Sequence record: NC_028957.1
Length of the DNA stretch: 64,000 bases
Reading direction: 5' to 3' (one strand)
From: Escherichia phage vB_EcoM_VR26
A model generated the notes under the pieces. That model searched no databases and had not been told where the DNA came from. It saw nothing but the letters and a program-made list of their open reading frames with translations. The translations under genes and the position numbers were made by a program. Shown here in pieces: positions 1-9,450 of the stretch. Each line of letters begins with the position of its first letter. Positions within the stretch are counted from its first letter, which is position 1.

Positions 1-1389
1 TTCACGCCCACGAGATTTAATCGTTTCGTTGAATTCTTCATCAAGCGTAAAACTATAATCAGCTTCCATAACTTTCAGATAAGCATTAATTTGCTTATTA
101 AAGATAGGAATATATTTCTTAATAATCGCGCCTTTGATTCCAGAATCTTTCAACATATCCGTTAAGATACCACGTTGATATTTTTCCATAACAAGGTTTG
201 ATTTCTGTTTGACTATTTTATCAAGCTGGTCTTGAAGCGTTTTAATATCATCGGCATGGTCAATGAATTCAGACTTAGCTTGTTCAATTAACGTCTTAAC
301 CTTTTTAGCTTTATCCACAGTCTGGATTAACGTTTGTTTCTTAGTTTGAATCTCTTGAGCTATTGTACGTTGGTTTTGTCTTGCTTCAGCGTACGCATCA
401 AATCGTTCCTGAATGGAGGCCTGGAGAGCTTTATGGCTATCAGACTCACGATTATACTCTTCAATCTTTGTCTCAATCCTGGGGACTATGGAGTCTCCTG
501 GCGACAATTGACTCAAACACGTTTGGCAACAACCGCCTTTCTCGTACAAACCGATTACCTTACGGAAGCTATCGATTTTCGATTTAATCAGGAACGATTC
601 TTGCTTGACTTTCGTCAGTTCCTGTTCAGGGTCTTCACCCAAAATAATCTCGGTCAATCTTGTCGTTGCTTCATCAATCGTTGATTTGATATCACGAGCT
701 TCTGAAGCCAAATCATCATACATCGTTTGCAGTCGTAGCAGATTATCACCGGATAATTTTTTCTGCTTTTCAACGTTGTCCTGGTAGATTTTAATCTGTT
801 GCACAACACCATCATGCTGAACGTCAATCACCTGGATTTGACTGTTGACTTCACGGATAAGAGATTTGTTGAGCTTATCCATATCAGCCAGTACAGAAAC
901 CTCTAGCAGGTCTTCGACGAGTTTTCTTCTTGCAGGAGTGGATAGGCCCATGAAAGGGGTATATCCAGCTGTGCCGAGTACGACAATCTGTTTGAAACTG
1001 GCGTATGACATTCCGATAAGCTGTTCAAATTCTGCTTGGAAGTCTTTACTGCTGGCAGATTCATCAAGACGTTCACCGCCACAAGAGATTTCAAAAACAT
1101 TGGGTTTTTGCCCACGTTTGATATAGTATTCTTTGCCATCATATTCCATCCACAATTCAACGAGCATATCTTTTTTGTTGCTCGAGTTAATCAACTGCCC
1201 TTTCTTAACATCACGAAAAGGCTTACCAAACAATGCAAATGTAACGGCTTCAAGGAAGGTTGATTTACCTGCACCGTTCTTACCGGTCACCAGAGTTTTC
1301 TGGACCTTATCGAGTTGAACCGTAATTGCTTGTGCTCCAACTGACATAATATTTTTATAGATAACTTTCTTTAGCTTAAAAGTCTTCAT
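1..1389 (-). CDS. 46: Recombination endonuclease subunit gp46 (Rad50/SbcC-like ATPase), N-terminal ~463 codons; 3' end lies beyond window start
   Basis: Not in ORF track (no stop inside window). Reverse translation from ATG at 1389 reads MKTFKLKKVIYKNIMSVGAQAIT...LDKVQKTLVTGKNGAGKSTFLEAVT (Walker A), matching T4 gp46 N-terminus from memory; sits downstream of gene 47 as in T4. Confidence 0.85.
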   Translation of the reverse strand, partial: MKTFKLKKVIYKNIMSVGAQAITVQLDKVQKTLVTGKNGAGKSTFLEAVTFALFGKPFRDVKKGQLINSSNKKDMLVELWMEYDGKEYYIKRGQKPNVFEISCGGERLDESASSKDFQAEFEQLIGMSYASFKQIVVLGTAGYTPFMGLSTPARRKLVEDLLEVSVLADMDKLNKSLIREVNSQIQVIDVQHDGVVQQIKIYQDNVEKQKKLSGDNLLRLQTMYDDLASEARDIKSTIDEATTRLTEIILGEDPEQELTKVKQESFLIKSKIDSFRKVIGLYEKGGCCQTCLSQLSPGDSIVPRIETKIEEYNRESDSHKALQASIQERFDAYAEARQNQRTIAQEIQTKKQTLIQTVDKAKKVKTLIEQAKSEFIDHADDIKTLQDQLDKIVKQKSNLVMEKYQRGILTDMLKDSGIKGAIIKKYIPIFNKQINAYLKVMEADYSFTLDEEFNETIKSRGRE

Positions 1390-1639
1390 CGTAATAAGCA
1401 TCCTTGATGCAAGATTCTGCCATATGAATTAATGTCTCTGGTGTATCATCTTCCATTACATTAAAGCTAAATTCTACAGCCCAATCAGTGACTACATAGA
1501 CTTTGATAAGTTGACCGGTTTCCCGGTCAGTAATGGCTTCAAACCAATACTTAATAGTATTCGGTTGGTTATCATCGTCAACCACATCACATTCGCGGAT
1601 ATGTTCAAGACCCGCTTCATTAAAATCATAAAGTCTCAC
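1376..1639 (-). CDS. hypothetical protein (87 aa) between genes 47 and 46
   Basis: ORF track; ATG abuts gp47 stop, 3' end overlaps gp46 start by 14 nt; acidic small protein. Confidence 0.5.
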   Translation of the reverse strand: MRLYDFNEAGLEHIRECDVVDDDNQPNTIKYWFEAITDRETGQLIKVYVVTDWAVEFSFNVMEDDTPETLIHMAESCIKDAYYDEDF

Positions 1640-2655
1640 GGTTGCACCTCAAGGTATAATTTGTTGGCCAATGCTTTAAGAGCTTTTGATTCTTTTTCAT
1701 TGGCATCAGGTAATGCATCGATATATTCTGCCATCATATCCGTTAAGCGTTTTATGTCTAGCTCTTCATCAGCATCTGTTGTGTCTACACTATTGTCAAC
1801 CTTATTGACAATACGCAAGTCATGCACGCGCTTTTCTAATTCAGATTCAAACTTGGTCAGTTCTTTATCGACTTTTTCTACAATAACACGGACTGATAAG
1901 TCTTTGAAGTCGTCGTAGTTAATAGTTTCGTTTGGATAGAAAATCTTCCGATGCCAGGTGGTTTCATTTGGAATAAATTTCATCTCTTCGGTTTCTGTAT
2001 CGAATTCCCAGAACCCGCGAGGGTCGTTCTCATCGCCTGCTGTTAATGTCCATGGTGTACCGATGTACTTAACGTTTGCAGCTTCTGAAATGGTATGGAA
2101 GTGTCCAGACCAAACTTGCTTGTACTTCTTAAGGAAATCAGGCTCAAGCCCGTGTGATTTCAATCCTTTATAGAAATAAAACCCGGTTAATTCCCAGTGA
2201 CCAATGCAATATTCAGCACCAGAAGTTTTGATGTGTTGATGAATGTCAGTTGCGTTCTCATCGCACATCCATGGAATCATATCGATGGATACACCATCAA
2301 AATCAACAGTTGTTGGCTTATCGTAGATTTTAACATGGTCATACTTATTCAGGAGTTCGGTGATAGCGTTAGGATGAATCTTATTCTTTAGATTCATGTC
2401 ATGGTTCCCGATTATCGTGTGCAGAGTAATTCCTGCTTCACGAAGGAGTTCCATAATCTCACGGCTGAATTCCATCGTCTTATGCGTCACGGCCTTACGG
2501 ACATCAAAGATATCACCGTATTGAATCCAGACTTTAATTCCATTCGCCTTAGAATATGCAATCGCCTGTAAAATACCATCGCGTTGAATGTTTTGAGCCC
2601 ATGGGTCGTCAGCTTTGACACCCAAGTGCCAATCACCTAAATTTAAAATTTTCAT
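1636..2655 (-). CDS. 47: Recombination endonuclease subunit gp47 (Mre11/SbcD-like nuclease)
   Basis: 339 aa; MKILNLGDWHLGVK...GDIFD...GNHD phosphoesterase motifs; near-colinear with T4 gp47 as recalled. Confidence 0.95.
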   Translation of the reverse strand: MKILNLGDWHLGVKADDPWAQNIQRDGILQAIAYSKANGIKVWIQYGDIFDVRKAVTHKTMEFSREIMELLREAGITLHTIIGNHDMNLKNKIHPNAITELLNKYDHVKIYDKPTTVDFDGVSIDMIPWMCDENATDIHQHIKTSGAEYCIGHWELTGFYFYKGLKSHGLEPDFLKKYKQVWSGHFHTISEAANVKYIGTPWTLTAGDENDPRGFWEFDTETEEMKFIPNETTWHRKIFYPNETINYDDFKDLSVRVIVEKVDKELTKFESELEKRVHDLRIVNKVDNSVDTTDADEELDIKRLTDMMAEYIDALPDANEKESKALKALANKLYLEVQP

Positions 2656-2675
2656 ATACTCTCCTCAGTTGGTTC

Positions 2676-2700
2676 ATTTTATCATCCCGATTATAAAGCA
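2676..2700 (-). promoter_or_regulatory. Putative MotA-dependent middle promoter for genes 47-46
   Basis: Minus strand tttTGCTTTA (MotA box), 12-nt spacer, TAAAAT, then SD GAGGAG and ATG 2655. Confidence 0.5.
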
Positions 2701-2722
2701 AAAAAGGAAGCACTAGGCTTCC
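2695..2722 (-). terminator. Rho-independent terminator upstream of gene 47
   Basis: Minus strand GGAAGC-ctagt-GCTTCC followed by TTTTTTGCTTT. Confidence 0.6.
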
Positions 2723-2972
2723 TTTCCAATTAATACACCGTACAGAGGTTCATGAGAAGACTTGAACTTGATGGGCTTATAGGTAATAGTACCTTCATTT
2801 TCTGCTTTAATACGAGCGGCTTCAAATTGAAGCATCATCTCATTTTTGTCAGATTTAATCTTATCAAAATCCGTCGAACTCGTCATTCATACGCCCTCTT
2901 AAACCTTTTCGTATTCGTCGTTCAATCTATTAAAAATCCGGATGTTCGTCATTCATTAACCTTCTCCAAATC

Positions 2973-3176
2973 CTACCATCGCATCCACCACTTCTTAAGC
3001 TGATGTGAATCTACCCAAACCTTGACTACAGGCTCAATCTGAAAAATACCATCAGACTGACGGCCAATCATTTTGTATTCGGTTTCGGTCTGCTTAATAC
3101 AGATATTACCATATGAGCGAAGTCTGAAAGCGGCTCCAACAAGAAGCCGTTTAAAAGGTTTATTTACTAATGCCAT
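2973..3176 (-). CDS. hypothetical protein (67 aa)
   Basis: ORF track; co-oriented with early genes; overlaps next ORF start. Confidence 0.35.
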   Translation of the reverse strand: MALVNKPFKRLLVGAAFRLRSYGNICIKQTETEYKMIGRQSDGIFQIEPVVKVWVDSHQLKKWWMRW

Positions 3177-3471
3177 TTACGATTTCCCAAATTTGCTTGC
3201 GAGTAGTTTCCCACATCAACTTAATCAGGTCTTCCGTAACTGGTTGGCGGTAAATTCCACGCAGTTTAACTAAAGCATATTTGTATGCTTCAAAATTGTT
3301 TTCCAGCACTGCCCCTTGAGCATGCTTATTCAGTCGTTCAATTTCACGAGCATTCTTTTTCAGAATCTTTGCTGCCTGGCTGGTAGCTTCGAGTGCGTTC
3401 GCTTCTTCGAGACGTTCCTGTGCTTCTTCAATCTGCTTATCGGTCAGTTGAGAAATATCTGGAGCTTGCAT
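3160..3471 (-). CDS. hypothetical protein (103 aa)
   Basis: ORF track; co-oriented, tight spacing with flanking ORFs. Confidence 0.45.
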   Translation of the reverse strand: MQAPDISQLTDKQIEEAQERLEEANALEATSQAAKILKKNAREIERLNKHAQGAVLENNFEAYKYALVKLRGIYRQPVTEDLIKLMWETTRKQIWEIVNGISK

Positions 3472-3472
3472 A

Positions 3473-3724
3473 TTAATCCTTGGGAGTTAACTCAATTGTA
3501 AAATATAGATTAGCATTATCCACATGATAACGGTAATCAACGTTATTATCCGGTGAAGTAAATTCCAGATTCCGGACGTTTAAAGGGTCGATATCAATTG
3601 GAAGACCTTTTATGTCTCGCAGATAAAGTTTAATGAAATATGGGAGCGCTGTAAAGTCTTCCTCGATTTTATCTAAAAAATCGGTAATATCAAATTGATG
3701 TTCCATATAAAAAATCCAAATCAC
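3473..3724 (-). CDS. hypothetical protein (83 aa)
   Basis: ORF track; immediately downstream of gene 55. Confidence 0.45.
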   Translation of the reverse strand: MIWIFYMEHQFDITDFLDKIEEDFTALPYFIKLYLRDIKGLPIDIDPLNVRNLEFTSPDNNVDYRYHVDNANLYFTIELTPKD

Positions 3725-4247
3725 CTTCTTTATCTTTGGCGCTCTTATCAGACCCTGGCGCTTTAACTAAGGAGGATTCGTACTGTGTCATTTTGTCATA
3801 GATGTCCTGGATAAATGTTTCGTCAGCCAGAGCCACCATATCGTCGTCACGTGAATCATACACGTTATGGACGAAGTAGCTATATTTCTTTGCCATTTCT
3901 TTACGTTCTTTTTTGATACGCTGAACGAAAGCATTGAAGCAAGCCATTGTTATGTAAGCATGTGGATTATCGTATTTTGTTTCGTCGAAGTTATGAAGAC
4001 CTTTTATTGCGGCCTCAATTCCGTCCGCTATCATTTCCTGCTTCCAAGATTGGGTATATCCTGAAAAGTTGAAACGTTTAGACAGACCTTCGGCTATAAG
4101 CATAATCGCCAGACCAATAACATCGTTCTGGCGAATAATTTTATTTGGGTCGGTATTTGCATTCAGCTTCTGTTTCCACTCCGAAATAGCTTTCAGAAGC
4201 TCTTTATTATTTACATAGTTATTCTTGGTTAATTTAATTTCGTTCAT
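3690..4247 (-). CDS. 55: Late-transcription sigma factor gp55
   Basis: 185 aa; NYVNNKELL...[36 protein letters not shown]...[21 protein letters not shown] matches T4 gp55 almost residue for residue from memory. Confidence 0.95.
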   Translation of the reverse strand: MNEIKLTKNNYVNNKELLKAISEWKQKLNANTDPNKIIRQNDVIGLAIMLIAEGLSKRFNFSGYTQSWKQEMIADGIEAAIKGLHNFDETKYDNPHAYITMACFNAFVQRIKKERKEMAKKYSYFVHNVYDSRDDDMVALADETFIQDIYDKMTQYESSLVKAPGSDKSAKDKEGDLDFLYGTSI

Positions 4248-4295
4248 ATCGCCTCACTTAGTATATGAATATTATATCATCCTTGATACAAAGCG

Positions 4296-4562
4296 TTAGC
4301 GAAGTAAACAGTAAGCCTGGAAGACCTTCTCCATAATTGCCTTAAATTCGTGGATGTCAATATAAGGGATAACCTCAGCATCACTAATGAATTCCATCAG
4401 CCGGTCATGCTCTTCACGATAATAAGCTTCATTCAGCTTGCTGATATGAGATTCCCAGGAGCCATACCCTTCTGCACGTGGGAAGAATGTTATTTTCATG
4501 AATTCATCCACCCAAAACGTTCCCAGGTCCTGGACGGATATCATTGTATGATTGATGTGCAT
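4296..4562 (-). CDS. hypothetical protein (88 aa)
   Basis: ORF track; co-oriented small early ORF. Confidence 0.45.
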   Translation of the reverse strand: MHINHTMISVQDLGTFWVDEFMKITFFPRAEGYGSWESHISKLNEAYYREEHDRLMEFISDAEVIPYIDIHEFKAIMEKVFQAYCLLR

Positions 4563-4828
4563 CAGTGCACCAATTGGGCAGCTTCTAAAACATCATCAAG
4601 CTTATCAAACTGGTCAACATAATCAATCCCGCCAACTTCATCTTTGGCATACAACCAATACTGCTTGAATTCGTATTCAATAATAAAGTGGTCGCCTTCA
4701 ATCTGGAGGGCACCAACATCATTAAATTGAACTGCATAACCCGTAAAGCGGATATCATTCAGGAGTTCTTCTTTCATAGTAATCATTTCCAGGTTTTTCT
4801 CATAATGAGAGAGTTTAATTTTAATCAT
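4562..4828 (-). CDS. hypothetical protein (88 aa)
   Basis: ORF track; 1-nt overlap with downstream ORF. Confidence 0.45.
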   Translation of the reverse strand: MIKIKLSHYEKNLEMITMKEELLNDIRFTGYAVQFNDVGALQIEGDHFIIEYEFKQYWLYAKDEVGGIDYVDQFDKLDDVLEAAQLVH

Positions 4829-5169
4829 TTCGCGCCCTTAACAATTTTCAGGTCAACAAAACCTTTCTTACGCTGGGAATTCATGCGCTTGATGGCTTTG
4901 TCAGAAACTTCTTTGTTTTCACGTGGGAGCGGCAGACCAAACGCTACTACATCAAATTCATTCAGGATATACTGGACAAGGCTTTCACGAATACGCGCTT
5001 TACCCATTGTCTGACCTTCTGCAATAATCAACTTCTGTACATCACCTTCCCACTGGTCCAGAATCTCAGGAGTAACGAAACCAGATTTCATCAGAGTGTT
5101 AACTTTAGCAAATGCGAAATTAGCGATGGTGTTAGTGATAGATGCAGTCATGATATATTCCTCAGTCAA
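4825..5169 (-). CDS. hypothetical protein (114 aa)
   Basis: ORF track; 4-nt overlap with downstream ORF. Confidence 0.5.
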   Translation of the reverse strand: MTEEYIMTASITNTIANFAFAKVNTLMKSGFVTPEILDQWEGDVQKLIIAEGQTMGKARIRESLVQYILNEFDVVAFGLPLPRENKEVSDKAIKRMNSQRKKGFVDLKIVKGAK

Positions 5170-5223
5170 TTAAATTAAAATTTTATTATCCTTGGGGTCA
5201 TTATACCATGACCCCGTTGGTTT

Positions 5224-5421
5224 TTACTGCGCTTTAGCACCTTTCCAGCCTTCGTACATCAATGCGGCCGATAATAATATTGTCCCTGCACATTTTGAAT
5301 AATAGAGATTCCAAAACCAGTTCAGAAAAACTTCATCATCAATACCTTGAGCTATCATATTTTCAAAGAACTGACGACGAGATTCAGCAATTCGCTGTGA
5401 TAATTTAGATTCAGGATTCAT
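5224..5421 (-). CDS. hypothetical protein (65 aa)
   Basis: ORF track. Confidence 0.4.
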   Translation of the reverse strand: MNPESKLSQRIAESRRQFFENMIAQGIDDEVFLNWFWNLYYSKCAGTILLSAALMYEGWKGAKAQ

Positions 5422-5646
5422 TTAAATTTTCCAGTTACCGTTTTCATCAATAAATTTAATCCAGTCATTTACTGACCACTTAGTTGTATCGCCTTTTGGA
5501 GCAGAATTTAAAGTGTATAATCCTTGTTTAAAAAGCATTCGTTTAATATTCATGTTTTCCTCAGCTGTAACGATAACATTCGTTTGATTTACGCTTTGCA
5601 ACACGGTGAGAAGTATTATAATCCAAATCATCCTCAACGTATACAT
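5422..5646 (-). CDS. hypothetical small protein with N-terminal hydrophobic segment (74 aa)
   Basis: ORF track; MYTLRMIWIIILLTVLQS looks like a signal/TM segment. Confidence 0.4.
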   Translation of the reverse strand: MYTLRMIWIIILLTVLQSVNQTNVIVTAEENMNIKRMLFKQGLYTLNSAPKGDTTKWSVNDWIKFIDENGNWKI

Positions 5647-5878
5647 CTTTTTTCAACTGACGAACTTCTTTACGCAGTTGACGATTCATCTCATTCTTAA
5701 CTTCTGAATCAACACCACGCATACGCTTCCATTTGTCGGAACGGAAGATATTTTCGTTCAAAGTTTCTTCTGATACACCATCAGGCGCTTTACGTCTAGC
5801 TATGCAATTAAAATCTTTAGAAGACAAATCTTTACGACGAATAGTTTTACCCATAGTTACCTCAGCAGTTAGCGTCAA
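5561..5878 (-). CDS. hypothetical basic protein (105 aa)
   Basis: ORF track; K/R-rich; 86-nt overlap with downstream ORF so one of the two boundaries is uncertain. Confidence 0.4.
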   Translation of the reverse strand: MTLTAEVTMGKTIRRKDLSSKDFNCIARRKAPDGVSEETLNENIFRSDKWKRMRGVDSEVKNEMNRQLRKEVRQLKKDVYVEDDLDYNTSHRVAKRKSNECYRYS

Positions 5879-6137
5879 TAAGATTTTTGATATACTGGAT
5901 ATCTTTGATACCCAAATCCAACTTAAGGTCTTCCAGACGTTCGCCCAGGGACAAAAAGGTTACATGCTTCCAATTTTTTATTGGGCAACAATAAGTCTTA
6001 GGACCATTTGCAATTTCAATATTCTTATCAGCGATGGTGAGAAAAATCAGACGCTCATCATCCAGATTAAGGGTAATGATATTTTTCATTGCGTGTAATT
6101 TAAGGCTCATGATTTGATTTCCTCTGCTACTGCACAA
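5862..6137 (-). CDS. hypothetical protein (91 aa)
   Basis: ORF track. Confidence 0.4.
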   Translation of the reverse strand: MCSSRGNQIMSLKLHAMKNIITLNLDDERLIFLTIADKNIEIANGPKTYCCPIKNWKHVTFLSLGERLEDLKLDLGIKDIQYIKNLIDANC

Positions 6138-6289
6138 AACACGCTACGGTCACACACCATCTGTGGGGCATCAGGCCAATTCAAAGGTTGATACCATACA
6201 TCCAGACTTGATATTTTAGTTACTTGAACAGGATAGCCATTTACAGAATAATACCGGTCAACTTTAATTTCTTTATCTTGAACAACCAT
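6107..6289 (-). CDS. hypothetical protein (60 aa)
   Basis: ORF track; preceded by promoter-like cassette at 6321-6353. Confidence 0.4.
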   Translation of the reverse strand: MVVQDKEIKVDRYYSVNGYPVQVTKISSLDVWYQPLNWPDAPQMVCDRSVFCAVAEEIKS

Positions 6290-6320
6290 TTTGTTTTCCT
6301 CATCAGTAGTTGATGGGATA

Positions 6321-6353
6321 ATGATACATCATTCAAAGGGGCTTGTACACCCC
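6321..6353 (-). promoter_or_regulatory. Early-promoter/stem-loop cassette (PeSL-like)
   Basis: GC hairpin GGGG-tgtacaag-CCCC with -35-like GTGTAC in loop, about 17 nt to TATCAT. Confidence 0.4.
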
Positions 6354-6356
6354 TTT

Positions 6357-6674
6357 TTAATCTTCAATTAAGTCCTGGTCATACCCCAAGGATATCAGTT
6401 TTGTTTTAAAGGCAGGAATATTGGTCATTTTTTCATCATTGACAAAAATCACCGGGTAACGAATGTTAAGGGTAGGATATCCAGCACGCTTAGCCAGAGA
6501 CACGATTAAAGGCCTGTCATAAGCGATTTCAGAGCCTTGTTTGTTAAGGACTGAATAGAATGTATAGGGAAGGTTTAAGGAGCCCAGAAGGCTCCTGATG
6601 TGCATACAACCAGGGCATCGACCGACTTCTTCGGGAATGCCATAGATTTCAATTTTAGTCGAGTTTTGGCCCAC
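6357..6674 (-). CDS. Glutaredoxin/thioredoxin-fold protein with CPGC redox motif (nrdH-like position)
   Basis: 105 aa; KIEIYGIPEEVGRCPGCMHIRSLL resembles the N-terminal CxxC strand-helix of glutaredoxins; lies between 55 and 49 where T4 carries nrdH. Confidence 0.55.
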   Translation of the reverse strand: MGQNSTKIEIYGIPEEVGRCPGCMHIRSLLGSLNLPYTFYSVLNKQGSEIAYDRPLIVSLAKRAGYPTLNIRYPVIFVNDEKMTNIPAFKTKLISLGYDQDLIED

Positions 6675-6954
6675 AGGAAATTACTCCTTGGTAGTTCCAG
6701 GTTTTAATAACTTCTTCATCACTGGTAGTTTCATACGGAATGTAAACCTGTACAAGGAAACCAGTGTCATCGAAAGAGAAATAAACTGTCGGTTTGATTC
6801 CATGAATCTCGGATTGGGCATAGATATCTTTAAGGTCTTCTTCCTTATCAGCAAAGAATTCCGGGTTCAGGTCACAGTCATGGAAGTACCATTCATCACC
6901 GAACTTGTCCCACGCGGTCCAATTAGTAGCTACATATTCTTCAAAACGTTTCAT
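6655..6954 (-). CDS. hypothetical protein (99 aa)
   Basis: ORF track. Confidence 0.45.
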   Translation of the reverse strand: MKRFEEYVATNWTAWDKFGDEWYFHDCDLNPEFFADKEEDLKDIYAQSEIHGIKPTVYFSFDDTGFLVQVYIPYETTSDEEVIKTWNYQGVISCGPKLD

Positions 6955-7166
6955 TCTTTCACCTTCATCATTTTAGCAATAACACTATGGACAGCCTGGA
7001 TTCGTTTGTCGAACTCAGAGCTTTCGAGGCCAGGATTGGTGCTCAACCAACCAATGATAACAAACAGCAAACCAAACGGGATAGCCAGAATAAGCAGACA
7101 AACGATGAACAACACAAGCGTTATGTTTGCCAGAATATCTGCTGCTGCATTACGAAAATTATTCAT
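6951..7166 (-). CDS. hypothetical small membrane protein (71 aa)
   Basis: ORF track; central hydrophobic stretch LVLFIVCLLILAIPFGLLFVIIGWL. Confidence 0.5.
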   Translation of the reverse strand: MNNFRNAAADILANITLVLFIVCLLILAIPFGLLFVIIGWLSTNPGLESSEFDKRIQAVHSVIAKMMKVKE

Positions 7167-7287
7167 AGAATAGCCCAGGTATTATTAACAACAAATAACC
7201 ATAGAGAAGGATATTCTACACCCATGCGGCGGATAATATCATTCATAGATTCAGCTAAAGCATAAAATGTGTAGCCATAAAAATTAA

Positions 7288-7761
7288 TCATTTGAGCGAT
7301 TTCCTCAGTTGTTTTTTAAATGAAGCTTGTAGTTTAGGCTTCGTATCAGATTCATTATAAGTCATACCGTTCAAAAGCATTTCCTGAATCATTTCTTCTT
7401 TTCCCAGGCGACCAAACTCTTTGGCTTTGTCTGTCACAAAATTGGGGTGAATATTGTTTTCGGTATAATCAGATTTCAGATAGACAAGCAAACTCTCTAA
7501 CCATTCCAGGTAGTCAACATCGCGACCTTTCAGACCCGAGCGGCTGAACTTATGCTTCATTTGTCCTTCTGTTCCATTGCACAGATTGCATAGTAACCCA
7601 CGAACCTTACCGGCTTTTGGCCCGTTCAATTCGTGGTCATGGTCAAGATGGTTGGCCTGAACATCGGAGTCCAAATCACGGTGGCAAATTGGACACTTAC
7701 CAGCTTGTGCATCATAAAGTTTTTGTTTTTCTTCTTTGTATAATTTGCCAGTCAACAACAT
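7288..7761 (-). CDS. 49: Endonuclease VII, Holliday-junction resolvase gp49
   Basis: 157 aa; MLLTGKLYKEEKQK...HLDHDHELNGPKAGKVRGLLCNLCN matches T4 gp49 from memory. Confidence 0.95.
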   Translation of the reverse strand: MLLTGKLYKEEKQKLYDAQAGKCPICHRDLDSDVQANHLDHDHELNGPKAGKVRGLLCNLCNGTEGQMKHKFSRSGLKGRDVDYLEWLESLLVYLKSDYTENNIHPNFVTDKAKEFGRLGKEEMIQEMLLNGMTYNESDTKPKLQASFKKQLRKSLK

Positions 7762-7796
7762 AATAAACCCTTACCATTATTAGATAAGGGTATTTA

Positions 7797-7973
7797 TTAA
7801 ATATTATAGAACGAGCGATGCAACCGTTTAAATTGACGAATCATCTTTTTGGTAGGACGAGTATACAATCCCACACAGGTGGCCATAAACTGGTCAGTAG
7901 GACTTCCCTTGATAAAAAGTTTCCAGACCTTACCACCATTTAACTTTTCAGTATAGACTAATTCAGTTTTCAT
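7797..7973 (-). CDS. hypothetical small basic protein (58 aa), below ORF-track cutoff
   Basis: Own translation: MKTELVYTEKLNGGKVWKLFIKGSPTDQFMATCVGLYTRPTKKMIRQFKRLHRSFYNI; ATG overlaps upstream stop as TAATG. Confidence 0.45.
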   Translation of the reverse strand: MKTELVYTEKLNGGKVWKLFIKGSPTDQFMATCVGLYTRPTKKMIRQFKRLHRSFYNI

Positions 7974-8242
7974 TAAACAATCCTAAAACAAGGGTATTCA
8001 CATTCAACGTTACCATTATCAATTATCATATACTCTGTGATACAAGTCCATGACCCTTCAATTTCTATGGTATCAAAAAGGTATTCATCTGTTTCAACAA
8101 CGTCCCAAACATTACATTTAACATCAGGGTCAAAACGTTGTCTTAACGCCTGGATAACATCGCCATTTTTAAATCCTGTGTCTTGAAGCTCTTTCATAAA
8201 ACCTGATTGAGCAGCATGAATATTAACAATTTCTAAAAACAT
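7973..8242 (-). CDS. hypothetical protein (89 aa)
   Basis: ORF track. Confidence 0.45.
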   Translation of the reverse strand: MFLEIVNIHAAQSGFMKELQDTGFKNGDVIQALRQRFDPDVKCNVWDVVETDEYLFDTIEIEGSWTCITEYMIIDNGNVECEYPCFRIV

Positions 8243-8433
8243 TAAAAGGCCTCATCAGAATAGCGAAGTTGAGCTTCAAGCCAATGAATATAATCTGCTG
8301 CGGCAAAAATTAAAGCCGATTCTTCATCGGGTAACTTACGAGAATCCGACAGCTCGTAAAGAGAATGTTCAATTAAACGACCTTTATGTCGACCTACTTC
8401 AATTTTGGTACTCATACCCAAACTCCATATCAA
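8242..8433 (-). CDS. hypothetical protein (63 aa)
   Basis: ORF track; 1-nt overlap with downstream ORF. Confidence 0.4.
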   Translation of the reverse strand: MIWSLGMSTKIEVGRHKGRLIEHSLYELSDSRKLPDEESALIFAAADYIHWLEAQLRYSDEAF

Positions 8434-8531
8434 TTAAATCATTGTTTGAAGGTTCATTATACTCTATTTCGGAATCGTTGTAAACCGGTTCCTCTGGCTC
8501 GACAGTTTCCCATCGAGCGGTATACCATGGC

Positions 8532-8840
8532 TTAACGGTCACACCAATAACTACTTACTTCAAAATCAGGCTCACCGTCGTCCCAATACCAAGGACCAAC
8601 CGGATGCCAATCGCCATGCTTATCTTCTTCATATTCTTCAGATTCAAGCCCGACATATTGCCATTGGACTTCATAAGCAGTGCCACCAATTACAACCGTG
8701 TTTTCGCCGTACGGGTTAGCAACAGCAAAGTCAATACCTTCTTCTTTCGCCAGGGCTACCATGTATTCATAGAGTTTATATTCCAGGTCGTCTTCTGTAC
8801 CGTCACCTAGAAAAATGGTCTGTTCGTTTAATTCAATCAT
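8532..8840 (-). CDS. hypothetical acidic protein (102 aa)
   Basis: ORF track. Confidence 0.45.
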   Translation of the reverse strand: MIELNEQTIFLGDGTEDDLEYKLYEYMVALAKEEGIDFAVANPYGENTVVIGGTAYEVQWQYVGLESEEYEEDKHGDWHPVGPWYWDDGEPDFEVSSYWCDR

Positions 8841-9025
8841 AATTCCACCATAAATTCAAATAGCTGGTCACGTACACAAGTATCAGTCCAACCCCATTCG
8901 TTGGCTTCTTCTTTTAACCAATCCGGGAGATTTGCCAATACGGTTTCTTTACTAGGCGCAGGAGTATCAAACTCTCTTGCAAACTCTCTTGCGCAGGTTT
9001 CATAAGCTGTATCAAATTCGGTCAT
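8837..9025 (-). CDS. hypothetical protein (62 aa)
   Basis: ORF track; 4-nt overlaps on both sides. Confidence 0.45.
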   Translation of the reverse strand: MTEFDTAYETCAREFAREFDTPAPSKETVLANLPDWLKEEANEWGWTDTCVRDQLFEFMVEL

Positions 9026-9189
9026 TTAAAGTTCCAGAATGAAGCACCAACCAGAAATAAAGGCCAACAAATCATAGACGTCAGCCACCAACAAAAATCA
9101 CCTGCACCAAAATCATCTAATTTAGCTAGGGTCTTAGCATACCCAATACCAATGATAATATACAAAACACCCAACATTAATTCAATCAT
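9022..9189 (-). CDS. hypothetical small membrane protein (55 aa), below ORF-track cutoff
   Basis: Own translation: MIELMLGVLYIIIGIGYAKTLAKLDDFGAGDFCWWLTSMICWPLFLVGASFWNFK; ATGA overlaps with nrdC stop upstream and next ORF start downstream. Confidence 0.5.
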   Translation of the reverse strand: MIELMLGVLYIIIGIGYAKTLAKLDDFGAGDFCWWLTSMICWPLFLVGASFWNFK

Positions 9190-9449
9190 TTGAAATATTC
9201 TCGCAGTTCAGTGAATCCGCCAATATGACTTCCGTCAGGAGCAAACACTTGTGGCATAGTCAAACCAATTTGAGATTCGCGACCAAGTGCAGCCAGGAGT
9301 TGAGCAATCTTCTCATCATCAAACACACCTTTTTCTGGCATGACGTTGATGAATTCGTAAGGTTGTTTTTTAACATCCAAAAAACGTTTTACATTATCGC
9401 AGAATACACAGCGATGGATAGATGAATCATAACCATATACTTTAAACAT
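9186..9449 (-). CDS. nrdC: Glutaredoxin/thioredoxin NrdC
   Basis: 87 aa; MFKVYGYDSSIHRCVFCDNVKRFL...IGLTMPQVFAPDGSHIGGF matches T4 NrdC from memory. Confidence 0.9.
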   Translation of the reverse strand: MFKVYGYDSSIHRCVFCDNVKRFLDVKKQPYEFINVMPEKGVFDDEKIAQLLAALGRESQIGLTMPQVFAPDGSHIGGFTELREYFK

Positions 9450-9450
9450 A

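Noticed and set aside
334-1318. Plus-strand ORFs 334-684, 363-587, 605-787, 845-1126, 1036-1263, 1133-1318
   Set aside because: All are antisense to the gp46 coding sequence, which gives a coherent Rad50-like translation on the minus strand.
1511-2391. Plus-strand ORFs inside genes 46.x/47
   Set aside because: Antisense to gp47, whose translation matches T4 gp47 throughout.
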